Under the pieces are notes generated by a model. It had not been told where the DNA came from. It made no database searches and worked only from the letters and a program-made list of their open reading frames with translations. 64,000 bases of DNA from Camelus ferus (taxonomy: Eukaryota), in NCBI RefSeq assembly GCF_009834535.1, contig NC_045696.1, forward strand, positions 28,398,001 to 28,462,000, in the 5' to 3' direction. The stretch's first letter is position 1; each line of letters starts with the position of its first letter. The position numbers and the translations under genes were made by a program. Positions 13,980 to 26,086 of this stretch are shown one piece after another.

Positions 13980-14638
13980 GAATATGTGAGAAGAAGAATT
14001 TATATTATTGTCTGAAGATTAGATCATTTAGACTAATTCGAAGAGCTCGATAAGTGGAAAATGGAAATTAAAAAAAAATTCAGGATCGTTGGTGTACTAA
14101 ATGAGGATGAAGTTACCACACTTTAAAACAGAAGAGGCAGAAAATAGAGTAAAAATTCAATTTTTTTGATTCAATTTTCATCATTTGCTCTTCTCATTTT
14201 ACCCTCTAGATTGACAAGTAGTTTCCTATATATTACATATTCCATGAAGAATGTGATCTACTTAGTATGAAATGATGACTATAAATAACTAAAAATGCTA
14301 TTTCAAAAGTACTGGGTTAGGTATAAGTTCTTAAAGTCACTCTGTTATAAAATGATAAGGTATGTATTTTACATTTTGTATATCAGACTTAAAAAATGTT
14401 TACACACCACAATTTGGCTGATGAAAGTCATTAGCAAAAGGTCATGGCAATAATTCTCCAGCACATATGTTGTTGAAAAGATAACTAGCTTCATTAGTGA
14501 ATTAAGAGGTAGATTAAATAACAATGTGAACAAGGAACCTCTAATAATTCTCAGTAAAAAAAACCCATTTAATTAAGAAATGATTTAAGACAGATATACC
14601 ATATTATAGATAAAATATGCCATTTTTCTACATCGTGA

Positions 14639-15033
14639 TGTGGCAGGTCCTGTAGTGTCTCTCCGAGGTCTAGTTTCTCTTGCAAGGCACTCAGCTAGAT
14701 TGTGTTTCCCAGTTTCCTTAGCACTGAGATGTGGCTTTGTGCCTAGTCCTCAGGAATAGAACGTGAGCAGCTGTGATACGGATCACGTCTGAGTCAGCAG
14801 TCTGAGAAGGGTGTTTGTTGTACTATGATCTTTAGACTTCTCTGGTGAGTGGTGGCCGGATGGTGGTGAAGCCACCCAGGATCAAAGATGAAGTTGCCTG
14901 AATCCATGAATATTTTAAGTGGCAGAACCCTGCCCGCAAACCAGAAACGACTCCCTGCATGTGTTATAAGCAAGAAGTTAAGATCCACTGTGGCTGAGTC
15001 AATAAACACAGAGTTTATTCTAATATTTCTAAC
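14639..15033 (+). mobile_element. Old MaLR LTR (MLT1I/J-like)
   Basis: Starts tgtggcag; 'tttcccagtttccttagca...gatgtggctttgtg...gtgagcagctgtgat'; 'cctgaatccatgaat'. Confidence 0.75.
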
Positions 15034-15964
15034 ATGGTGAGCCTACAACCTCACAGTTTAACTTTCAGTCTTTTTTGAAAACTAGCTTGTTATCAAGAAA
15101 TCAGTAAAACCGAGCCAAAGACATTCTAATTTTAATTCATATGTTCAAATGTGTCTTTATTATTCGGTGTGACAAGCATATTGTGATACATTTTAAATTG
15201 AAATACAGGAAATGACCATTTTTGGTAGACCAGACTGGTTGAATATAGGCAATTTCATAAGAGTCCAAACTTATATTTAATCTCATATAAAGTATATTTT
15301 GATACCAATATGGTAAGGAAGTATCAAATTTCAAAATCAGCATTCTGTATTGTAGAATACAAACTAATACCAACTGGAATTTGAACAGTTTTAAGTCCTG
15401 AACCCCTAATATAGAATTCCTTTTCATTAAAAGAAGTTGCTATGATTTTCAAATGCAAAATCACTATTTCACTGTATAAAAAGTGAGTTCATGGATTCTT
15501 AGTTTTTCTCTTTGAGAAATAACACTCCCCAACCTCATAAGCAGTGCTACCCTGAGTCAAAATAGGATTTTCCATCAATTGCAGCTCTCCATGTATATCA
15601 CCGTATTGATAGATGTTTTTTCTCATCACAGGAACTCTTCCCTTTTCTTCATGGCCTCTCCCCAACTTTGAATTGATATCTAACAATTATAAAGGAAGTG
15701 AACTCCATTTCATGTAGATTGAATTTTCTCTTTGCTTCACGCAGTCATGTTTTCATACCTATAACCTCAGACTTTACCCTCATTTTTTGTTTTATTTGGG
15801 AACACTATTTCTCCTAACCAATTCCTTCTTCTGCCTACATAAAGTAATTATAATTATTTTATGTTTTTAAATATTTGTTATTTACTGATTATCATTCTGC
15901 CTTCTAGATAGATGGTTAAGTAGTGTGAGAAAAAGAAACATCCTTAACTATAAAAGGTATTGTT

Positions 15965-16170
15965 AGGGAAGGCTGTATAGTACAGTGGTTAAAAGTACGA
16001 TCTAAAGGCAGATGGCTGGAACTTAAATTCTGATTATTTCTCTACATTGATATTTTGACCTAAGGCAGCTTATTTAACCTTATCAAAAAATAAAAATAAT
16101 GCTAGTATTTAAATGAGCTAATTCCAGTAAAGCACTTAGAACAGTGTTTCCCAAATAACTTATTTAGTTG
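15965..16170 (+). mobile_element. MIR SINE
   Basis: 'tatagtacagtggttaaaagtac...ttatttaacct...taaagcacttagaacagtg'. Confidence 0.8.
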
Positions 16171-17141
16171 TTGTCATAGCAATGGACATGCTTTGGCCAG
16201 TGAAATCCTGTCCGATTGATTTGTGGAACTCTCGATCTCTTTTCTTAATTCCCATTAAGTCAAACAATATTTGCTTCAATTCATCCAAACATAACCTTTA
16301 GCTTAGCTAAAGAAAAGCTTTTAGTTAAAGGTCTTTTTATAGGATCTAAGTAGATTGAGTCAACAATCTAGCAGCCTTGTATTCTCAGAACAGAAGATGC
16401 TTCAACTCCGGTAAGGGGGTTTTAGGTTTCATAGTTTTGTGACCTGAAGGGACGCTCTTCCTTATTCCATTAAGTCTTGCTATATCAAGCCCACCAGCTT
16501 TCAGTCACTAACCTGGTTCTTAAACATCCCCAGCACCATCCCCTCTCTTAACCCCCCCCACCCCTTCTTATCTTTCCAACTTCACTTCAGTTTCTTTGTT
16601 TACATTCCTGTGCTTATGGAGGCATCTTGATATATGCGGTATTCTTTCTATTTACCAGTCTATTTACTCTTTAGTGGCCTTGGCAACTTCCTGTAGAGGG
16701 TAAGATGGCAGTTCTAAACAGGTACATAGCTTCAAGATATTTTGTAGCCTGATTATTGACTTAAAGGTTTTCCTCTCTTTTTTTTAATAGTTGTTGGCAC
16801 ACATTAGAAAAATGTTATGTATAAATACTTTGGAACTTAAAATGTATAATGTAATATATATTTGAAATATATAATAAATAAATTTGATGCTAACAAATTT
16901 ACTTTCAAACCAAGTTTAAATTTTATCAGAAATCTAATATTTTTTCCTTTTTATTCCTTACATTATTACTGTATAATAGTGTTGGAATATAATTTAACTA
17001 CTCATTCCTTCAGAAGTGCTGTGAGCTCTTTATAATAATATTCATTGTAAGTATTGCATTTAAAGCAGTCGTACTCTTCGCAAAGCCAAAATGGTATTTA
17101 GCCTGTTTGAAGAGAAAAGGAAGGTAAAGCTAAGTCTTCTA

Positions 17142-17292
17142 TTCAGTGGTTAAAAGTTTATGGGTTAGAGTTGGATAAACCTGGGTTTGAATCCCAGAAT
17201 TCCCACTTATAAACCTTTGGCAAGTTTATTCAACTGAAAATTGGGGATAATAATACCAATCGTCTAGGCTTATTATACTGACTGCAGGAGAT
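17142..17292 (+). mobile_element. MIR SINE
   Basis: 'cagtggttaaaag...acctgggtttgaatcccag...ggcaagtt...tgaaaattggggataataata'. Confidence 0.8.
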
Positions 17293-17294
17293 AC

Positions 17295-18010
17295 AGCGGT
17301 TAAAAATGGTAATAGTTAGCGTTATTATTAGAATCGAAGAAGCGTGCCCTCCGACATCCCAGCTTTAGGAACGCACAGTGCTCAGCTGAGCATTTTGCTT
17401 TGTTTTTGATGAATCGTTTCAATTGTGCTTTTGGCACTAGGGCTGTTTTCATTAGGACAGAGCCCCTTCCTTTTACATCAGGGCATCCCACTGTGGCTGG
17501 GTCATTATTTAACCATGACAAAAGTTTGAAAATTATTAGCATGTGGGACTGGGGCCACCACATTTTGCTCTCGCTGTTACCAGTGGTTTGTTGATGCTAA
17601 TGTGTGGCCCCCTGTGGTGATTTTTTTCCCTTTTAGTCTTTGACTTTCTCTTTTGTAACATTTCACATGTGGAGCCAGAGCGATGAATATTTTATGCAGT
17701 TGTTCTTCTGTGCAGCGTGATACCGCGGGTTCCATTCAACTCTCCGGCAGCGCTGCTGCCCCTGAAAGGTAACTGAGAGCGGGAGCTGAGACTCTCCTGG
17801 CTCTGGGAGTCTCCTGCGAAAACGAAAGCAGACAGTATCTTGTCACATCATGAATTTATAAGGAGTTAATTAAAGGCTTTCCCTTGCATCTTAAACACAT
17901 TCGGAGTCCCGTATCACAAGGAATGATTCCTGTTTAATTACCAATGGCTTGTAAAAATTTGCTGCTCAAAGTGTATTTTAATGTCAGGCAGATGATTAAT
18001 ACAAATAGAA
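17295..18010. promoter_or_regulatory. Unique CpG-retaining segment; candidate enhancer or non-coding exon
   Basis: ~19 CpG counted by eye in 17295-17915 in a CpG-depleted window; no repeat recognised; several TAAT-type motifs; splice-like signals on both strands. Confidence 0.35.
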
Positions 18011-19034
18011 AACTGTCCCTGGAAAATGTCCAAATAACATAAACCTGCACCATACTCTGCATATATTTTTCTCTTAATTATTTGTGGAGAGAGACATATA
18101 ATTTAATTTTGAAACTTTTGAAACTGTCATCTTATGTATTTATGACTTTATCACATTAAACGACAAGACTGCATATTCATTTACTATACTCTTTGAATTA
18201 TCTTACTCAGTACATTCTATTAACTACTGTTTCTTACTGTTTTAGATTATTTTTAAAAATAAATGCGGGTTCTACAATTGTGCCTCTAGAGGATTGTGGG
18301 TCAATTTTTGTAGACTTTCAAGAAATGCCAGGGGAGCATACGTTTCAGTTCTGATATGGGACATTGTCAGTTACTACATATTTTATGGGGAAGGGAACAT
18401 GATAAAAATCAGATTCTAACATGGTTTAGAAAAAAAAAAAAAAAGCTAAAACAAATCAGTTTAAATTAATGTGGAAGAAATTTACCCTAAAGGACCCTTC
18501 GATTACCCCTGTTAGATAACTGATTTTAGCTGATGTACAATGGATACTCTATTTAAGTGCTCTTATCAGAAGCCCTGAAGCTGTTGTAGTGGTCTCAATA
18601 GATTACAGCTCCTCCACTGGAAAGTAAATAATCAAAATTAGAATAAGTGACTATGAGGCACGGTGAATCATTAGATGATATAAACAGATTTTGTTTTCAG
18701 CACCTGACCATTGATTATTCAGATGTATCTGATTTCTTTGAGCAGGCCACTACTGGCTGTTTATAACTGACACGGTAGCACAAGAGTAAAATATATCCCT
18801 ACGTGCATTTTAATTTTATTCCTTAAGCAAATGCATTTTTACTAAGGGCAAAATATAAAATCCAGAAAACTTCCATTTTGTTACAAGGTGATTCTTTAAA
18901 AAATAGATGACATTGTCACGGTAATACAGGGTTTTTCATTTTTCTTTTATTTAACTCCCTTAATCATAATATAAGATGTTTTCAGTTTCCTACTTAGTTA
19001 GTACTAATGATAGGAAAACAAATCTTTCTACGGT

Positions 19035-19535
19035 TCAGGCCTCCTTTAGGCTTTTAGTGAGCAAAATATCTGCCTATATTTAGAGATGGCAAACCTAGGA
19101 CAACTCCCATTTTAAGTACATTCATTTATATTTAGGAATTTCTGTTCTGTCTTAATTGTCTTTGTGGTCCAGGTGCAGGCGCATGACTTAGGCCCTTAGG
19201 CATCTATGCTAGCCTGTGTTTCAGAAGAACAATGCAAAAAGCATGTGATTTGTGGAAATGTTCTTCTAGAAATGTGGGGGGAGTCTCCGCTTTTAGGGAC
19301 AATGGTGTTAGTGGTCCAAGAGTCCAGGGGAGACACATGGCATCCAGTCTATGGAACATGACTAGTGTGACTTAGCCATTCGGGTGTGGTTGGGCATTGA
19401 TCCTGGCTGTGTAACTGCTGTGCTCAACGCCGTCTCCCCAGAGATTTAGTGAGCGACCAAATATTCTTCAATAAATTCTTTTTTCTGTTATTCTCTTAAA
19501 TTGGCAATATTAAATTATGTTTGTAACTAAGAATT
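19035..19535 (+). mobile_element. Old ERVL/MaLR-class solo LTR
   Basis: 3' end 'caataaattcttttttctg...tgtttgtaactaagaa'; shares 'cattc.tttat.t..ggaatttct' with the LTR at 59930-60534. Confidence 0.6.
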
Positions 19536-20089
19536 TTGTTAATTAACATTATACCTAAAAATGAGCAGTTAACCATATGGTGTAACATACTATAGGTAAT
19601 ACAGAATGTCACCATCTTTGAAAATATTACACCTACATATCCGTAGTTAGTAACTAAATTTTTTTCATTTTATCTACATTCTTTCAGTTTTAGGATTACT
19701 CCTTCCAAAGCATCTTTAGTAAGGTTTTCACAAATTATACTGCCACACCTTAGCATGGATTTCTTATGACTGGTTGGGCTTTGATTTAATAGACCAGTCT
19801 AGAGAGACCCTGAGAGCAGAGGAAGTGTGTTGGAAGGTGGAATTATTGAATTAGGGCACTGAAGACCCTTTCACTTCCTTCACAATTTTGCTAAAGACTT
19901 TTCTTAATCACATCCATTTACCATATACTTTTCTCTCCTAGGATGCACTTATATATTTTGCCAGTTGTGTTTGTGTCCTTTTTATATAGCCATTAGAAGT
20001 CTCATGGAAAGCCAAATGTGTACAAGACGCAAAAACATACGTTAAGATATCTTAGTCACTTAAGCTTTAGCACAATCTCACGACATATG

Positions 20090-20222
20090 AGTATTACAGG
20101 TGGATAGGAGGGGAACTCAGAATATTCAGCAACTTGTCAAAGCGTGAGAGCTGATAAACACTGAAGCCTTGAACCAAACCCAGGCCTGTTTGCCTCAAAA
20201 TTCATATTTTTACCCACCAGAT
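20090..20222 (-). mobile_element. MIR SINE fragment
   Basis: 'aacttgtcaaag...gctgataa...aaacccaggcctgtttgcctcaaaa'. Confidence 0.6.
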
Positions 20223-20653
20223 CTTCTGCTTCAATGGTATACATCATGATTTTATTATTCAGTTGGTTGCTAAAGGAATTTTCCAAATCTACTAGAGACA
20301 AATTCCTGAAGATTCCTAGATTCTGTGTTCCCAAATGACTGCCTAAAGAATCCAGTTCATCAAGGTACTAGCTTAGGTGTAAAACCAACACCCATGCTCC
20401 TGTGCTGAGAGAAATCCAATCTAGTAAGGCTTGGACTAAATGTATATATGGGCTAAATCTAGACACCTACTTGCCTTGGGTCAGCACTTAGTTTTACTAT
20501 AAAGGATTTCAGAAATACATGTTAAGAGTTAGTTCTGCATTTTAATACTTAGAGGAAGATAAACTAATAATCATATTCACATAAATCCAAAATTGACAGC
20601 CCAAGTCTTGAACTATTCGCTGAATTTTAGATCTAAATTCCTATTGGACAAAT

Positions 20654-21102
20654 TATAGTGGATTGAATGATGACCCCACTGCCCATCAAAAGATATGTCT
20701 ACATCCTAAAACTCAGAATCTATAAATATGCCCTTATTTGGAAAAGGGTTTTTGTAGATGTAATTAAAGATCTACAGTAAAGATGACATACATTTTGGAT
20801 TATCAAGGCTGACCCTAAATCCAATGACTCGTATCCTTAGAAGAGACAAGAAGAAGAGAGAAATGGAAGAGAAGATCAAAACAAGATGCAGGCAGATATT
20901 GAAGTTATGCGGCCACGGCCAAAGAACACCAGGAGCCATCAGAAGTTAGCAAAGGCAAATTCTTCCCTAAAACCTATGGAGGGAGCACAAACCCACCAAC
21001 ATCTTGATTCTGGCCTCCAGAAGTGTGAGAAAATAAATCTGTGTTATTTTAAGTCACCAGATTTGTGGTAATTCATTATGGCAGCCCTATGGAATGAATG
21101 CA
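20654..21102 (+). mobile_element. MaLR solo LTR (MLT1C-like)
   Basis: 'ccttatttggaaaagggtttttgtagatgtaattaa', 'ccctaaatccaatgac', 'ctggcctccagaagtgtgagaaaataaat', ends ggcagccctatggaatgaatgca. Confidence 0.9.
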
Positions 21103-21392
21103 CATGGCTTTTTACATTTTCTGCCATAATCTCAAATGTAATATATTTGAATGCAGCCTTTCACTCTTGCTTGAACACTTCTTTCTTCTTTATTTTCCTG
21201 TCTGTTAAACTGAAAGGCTTAAAGCTTTAGAGATATTTTGACTTTTCCATTCTTTCATATCTTAATTCTATCTTCTATGCATTTACAATTGCTTTCTTTT
21301 GCAAGTATTAAATATATACATAAATATTATTGCAAGTATTCTCCGCCACCCCATATATATACACACACACATATATATATAAAGCTTCCTAA

Positions 21393-21719
21393 TGTAAAAC
21401 ATTAATAAACAGATATTGCAATTAGAGGTGGGATACCAGAAGGAGGAGCTCTCTTGTCTTATGCAGATGGCAGAGCTCAACAGGAAGAAGAAAGATTCTT
21501 CTTCTCTTGTGCTAAGAACTCACCAGTGAAAAGCCATGGACTGTTTGTTTACTATACTGCTCCCAACTTCCTTCTCCCTCTATGAGAGGGCTCTCCTCCC
21601 CTTGTTATGTGGGAACTTGCACTTGGCGCATCATGGTTACAGACTACCAAATTTCTGGTCTTGAATGAACCCATCTTTGCTGGAGAAATATCTGGCAGAC
21701 TATTTGTTGCATATCAGCG
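21393..21719 (+). mobile_element. ERV1-like solo LTR
   Basis: TG start; 3' end 'gaatgaacccatctttgctggagaaatatctggcagactatttgtt' with a decayed AATAAA; possible 4-bp TSD ctaa/ctac. Confidence 0.65.
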
Positions 21720-23035
21720 CTACTATGTGCTAATTATTGTAACAGGTGACAGGGACGCAGTATTCTGGGAGACTACCTTAATCTCCGGCCTCATAGAATA
21801 AGCTAGAATATGCAGTCTAATAGATGTCATTAGCCAATAATTACATAAATAAATCCTGATACTTTGAACCTGAGAAACAGTTTCTCCACCTTCAAAACTC
21901 CTGATCTTAACCCACAGGATACTAACTGGTCTGCTCTTCCAGAGGAGCTGGGCAAAGGAGAGAGTAGACTGAAGAAACTGGGTTTAAAAGTGAATGAGTA
22001 AAAAATAAAGAACAGCAGACATTTTATGTAAAAAACTTCCTTGGAGTATTTAGTGCGCAAAGGAAAAGGAGGAAGAAAACAATTAAATTTGAGAAACTAA
22101 GTCCTATTTCATGTGGGACATTCCCCAAAGAGACAAACTTATGGGATTTCCTAGGACCAGTCAAGTAATATGTAGTCTCTGTGTGTCAAATGGTTTTGGT
22201 AGCAAAATTTGACCTGAACTGACCTACGTGTATACATTTGTGTGTGTGTGTGCTATATACATGATGCTGTAAGTGTACCTGTGTGTGTGTGTGCATGCAC
22301 ATATAATTTTTACTTTTTACTCACAGTGATTGTACATTTTGCTTCATAAATGTTAACACGTTTGTAATATGGAATACTCCTAAGATTGTATTGATGGTGT
22401 TACATGCAATGTGATATAGACATATTTTTAGCTTTTTAAAATCCGAAAAGTTACATATTCCAAAACCTCTCTGGACCTGTGCCAACTTAAAAAATTCAAG
22501 TATTTATGTTGGACATTTTTCCTTTCAAGCATTCAACAGAACATAGCTCCATAGAAAACACAAAACAGCAGTTTGCAAATGTGGCTGTAATAAGACTTAG
22601 TGAATCTTCCTATAAGACCAATGACATAGTAAGAAATTGAGCACTTCAGTATGTAACAAACAAACAAACAAAAAAAGCGCAAGACATGCCTTAGGGCTAA
22701 TTGATGAGAAATCATGTGATTCCTACTCTTATCCTGAAATGATAGGAAAGGCAGGAACTCTGAGGTTCTGGGCCTTTCTCCCAGTGGATTCTTAATTACC
22801 CGAGGGTTACTTAAATCAACAGACTTCTTAAGGCACAATGGGTTCAATAGGAAGGTAAACTAAATAACCTGAATTCTGGATTGTGAAGTAATTTCATAAA
22901 TAGTCTCTAAATACAAGGATAACTAGACTCATAGCCCTGGACAGTTCTGCTTAATACATGTTGTTACTGTGTAATTGTCACTACCTCTCCCTTTTACTCT
23001 CAAAAGCACCTTGATTTGTACAATAATGTGTATGT

Positions 23036-23410
23036 TCTTATGGGCTGAAGTGTGCTCCCCTAAAGTTCATATGTTGAAGCCCTAACTCCCAGCACCTTCC
23101 AATGTGGAGTTAGAATATTTAGAGATGAATACGTTAAAATGAGGCTGTTAGAATGGGCTCTGATCCAGTCTGACTGATGTTCTTATAAGAAAAATTTGGA
23201 CACACAAAGATACCATGATGTGCATACACAGAGGGAAGACCCTGTGGTAACACAGTTGCAAGTCAAGAAGAGAGATCTCGGAAGAAACCAACCCTGACAG
23301 CACCTTGTTCTTGGACTTCTAGCCACCAGAACTCTGAGAATATAAAGTTTTGCTGTTTATGACACCCAGTCTATGATATTTTGTTATGACAACCCTAGCA
23401 AGCTAATACA
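23036..23410 (+). mobile_element. MaLR solo LTR (MLT1B-like)
   Basis: 'tatgggctgaagtgtg...ttcatatgttgaagccctaactcccag' to 'ccctagcaagctaataca'. Confidence 0.9.
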
Positions 23411-24936
23411 TGTGCTCACTCCACTTACTGTTCTCTCTCTTTCTCATTCTCTCTGTCTTTAATTAATTAATCTAGTTAAGAAATTAGTAAGAGGCAGAGC
23501 TAATATTTAGGAAGCATCATGGAATTATGAAGTAGTACATCTTTTCAGCCTTTTAAAAAAAGAACAACAGAATAACACCAGGTTTGTCCGAAACAATGAT
23601 CATGGTATTTGTAGGATTTAATAATTCCCCTCTTTCTGTAGATAATTAAACCCCAGAAACTGGCTGATATAACAGATTTACACTGAGATCCTGGGGTTAG
23701 GAAGGGGGACTGGGCCCTAGATTTTTCTAATTTTACTTTTAAATAAATATAATAATATTGTTTGATGAAATGATTCAGGGAAGAATTTTTCTACAATTTA
23801 GTGAGAGCCAGAGTCAGTGAATGACCTCACCTGATCTATTTACACTGACTTTTGCCCTGAACGTACTTAAAATAAATTCAAAAGCAAGTGCATTTAATGG
23901 GATAATCCCAGTTCCCAGTAGTTAAAGAAATGCTCTGAAGACCTTTCTAAAGAAACAGATGCAGTCTAAGGGGAGATCATATGAGCATTTTGCCAAAACT
24001 GTGGCAGCTGCTAAAAGAGGGAATATAATTTAAAATCCTTTGGGGTTCTTTGAGCCACATTTCAGTGCTGCCTTAAAGAATTAACTCTCTAATGACTGGC
24101 ATGCTATATTTATCAGGAATTTGGTTAAAAAAAGAAATCCATTATTTTTACCTTGTTCAGGGCTTTTCTGCAAGTTAGCCAGTAAAGAGAAAACAGAAAG
24201 TGGGCCCATCCTTAGAAGGAACACACGGACACAAATTCTCTTTAGTCTGATTTAGATGTAGGAAGAGCTGTCCACACAATCCCCTTTCTTCCAGTAACAG
24301 GTCAGAAAGCCCTTTTCTTGCTATTGGAGGAGAGTTTTAAATAGATTTGAATCAAGAGCCTTTGATGAGACCTGATGAAATTTATGAACCTTTGCTTCAG
24401 AAAAATATACTTATACACAAACGTACAAACATTTCCATGAAAGAGTGCCCATGGTCCCAAAGACCTGCCTTGGAGATTTAATGTGTCAGATCTTAAAGAC
24501 CTTCCATGAAGAGTAATATTATTACTTATAATACATGCAACCATATGAGGAATAGAGCCATACGTGATTAGAGTTTCTTGGCATAGCAGGGAATAGGTGA
24601 TATTCCAAAGAGCAAAACAAAAGCAACACAGGAAATGATCCTGGGAAATCTAAAGGAAAAACAAAATACCAAAGGAAGGAATAACTAAGGACATTCTGAT
24701 TTATATATTTTTCTCAGGGGAGTCTAGGATTTCAGTTTTAATGGCTTACTGGTATATATTCCGTTTTATAGAAAAAAGACAGATACAGATAAACAGAGTG
24801 ATAAATTCTATGAGTGCAGATAGAGACATAGAGATAGAGATATACAGAGATTGAAATATACAATAATTTATCCAGAAAAATACATGCTAATGCATTAAAA
24901 GTTTTAGTCCTTAAACGAATATTTGCTTATGGCTAT

Positions 24937-25288
24937 TGGTATGGACTGATGTTTGTGTCCACCCAAAATTCGTATGTTGAAAGCTCAACTCCCAGTGTGA
25001 CCATGTTTGGAGTGGGGTTATTGGGAGGTAATTAGATCATGAGGGTCTAGCCCTGAGGGATGAGATTAGTGTTCTTACAAGAGGAGGCACCCGAGAGATG
25101 ATCTCTGTCTCAGCTGAGCAAGGGAGGCCATCTGCAAACCAGGCAGAAGGCTCACATCGGACACTGAATCTGCTGACACCTTGATCTTGGACTTCCCAGC
25201 CTCCAGAACTGTGAGAAATGAGTATGTGTTATTTAAGCCACTCAGTCTACAGTATTTCTGTTACAGCTATTCAGACTGACTTAAGACA
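24937..25288 (+). mobile_element. MaLR solo LTR (MLT1A-like)
   Basis: 'tatggactgatgtttgtgtcc...aaaattcgtatgttgaa' to 'gactgacttaagaca'. Confidence 0.9.
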
Positions 25289-25709
25289 GTAATAATGGTT
25301 ACAAATCACTTATGCATTTTTAAATCTGTTTTTTAAACTTCATGCAGTTAAGAACAGAAAAAAGTTTAATTTAATATTACTACATCTGAGACATGAAGGA
25401 AAGAGGCACTACTACATGTTATTCATTAGAACACAGAGCACAGGCACGCTCACACTTATGAAGAGGGCTGATTTTTAAACTGCCAGTTACCTTTGGTTTC
25501 CAAATTCCATAAAATTAAACTCCAAGTAGTTCCATCAATCAATTATATTAATCAGATATCTGAACAATCAAGGAATAATTTTCCCAGAGATTTGATTTGA
25601 TCCAGAGACGAGTATGTTTTCAAATGGCTTTGGTTCCTCTGGTGTTTCAACTCTATTTTTCTTAGTGCTGGATTCATTGCTAGACTGTAAGTGATGACAC
25701 GAAGGCTGC

Positions 25710-26086
25710 TGTCTTAGTCTATTCAGGCTGCCATAACAAAATAATATCATGGACTGCATGGCTTAAACAGAAATTTATTTTCTCACAGTTCTGGAGACTG
25801 GAAGTCTGAGATCAAGGTGCCGGCATGATCAGGTCCTGGTAAGAGCACTCTTCCTGGCTTGCAGACGGCTGCCTTCTCTCTGTGTCCTCACATGGTGGAG
25901 AGAGAGGGCTCTGGTGTCTCTTCCTCTTCTTATAAGGGCACCAGCTGTATCGGATTAGGGCACAACCCTTATGACCTCAGTTAATCTTTATCACCTCCTC
26001 CCAGACCCTATTTCCAAATACATTCACATTGGGGGTTATGGCTTCATATATGAATTTTGGGAGGACATAAACATTCAGTCCACAAC
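25710..26086 (-). mobile_element. MLT1A/MLT1A0-like LTR (3' LTR of a MaLR provirus)
   Basis: tgtcttagtctattcaggctgccataacaaaa ... aacattcagtccacaaca. Confidence 0.92.

Noticed and set aside
17600..17620. CTCF-like motif (revcomp caccacagggggcca)
   Set aside because: The 5' half is out of register with the CCASYAGRKGGC core; too weak to call.
17735..17756. RE1/REST-like ttcaactctccggcagcgct
   Set aside because: Several mismatches and a gap relative to the RE1 consensus.
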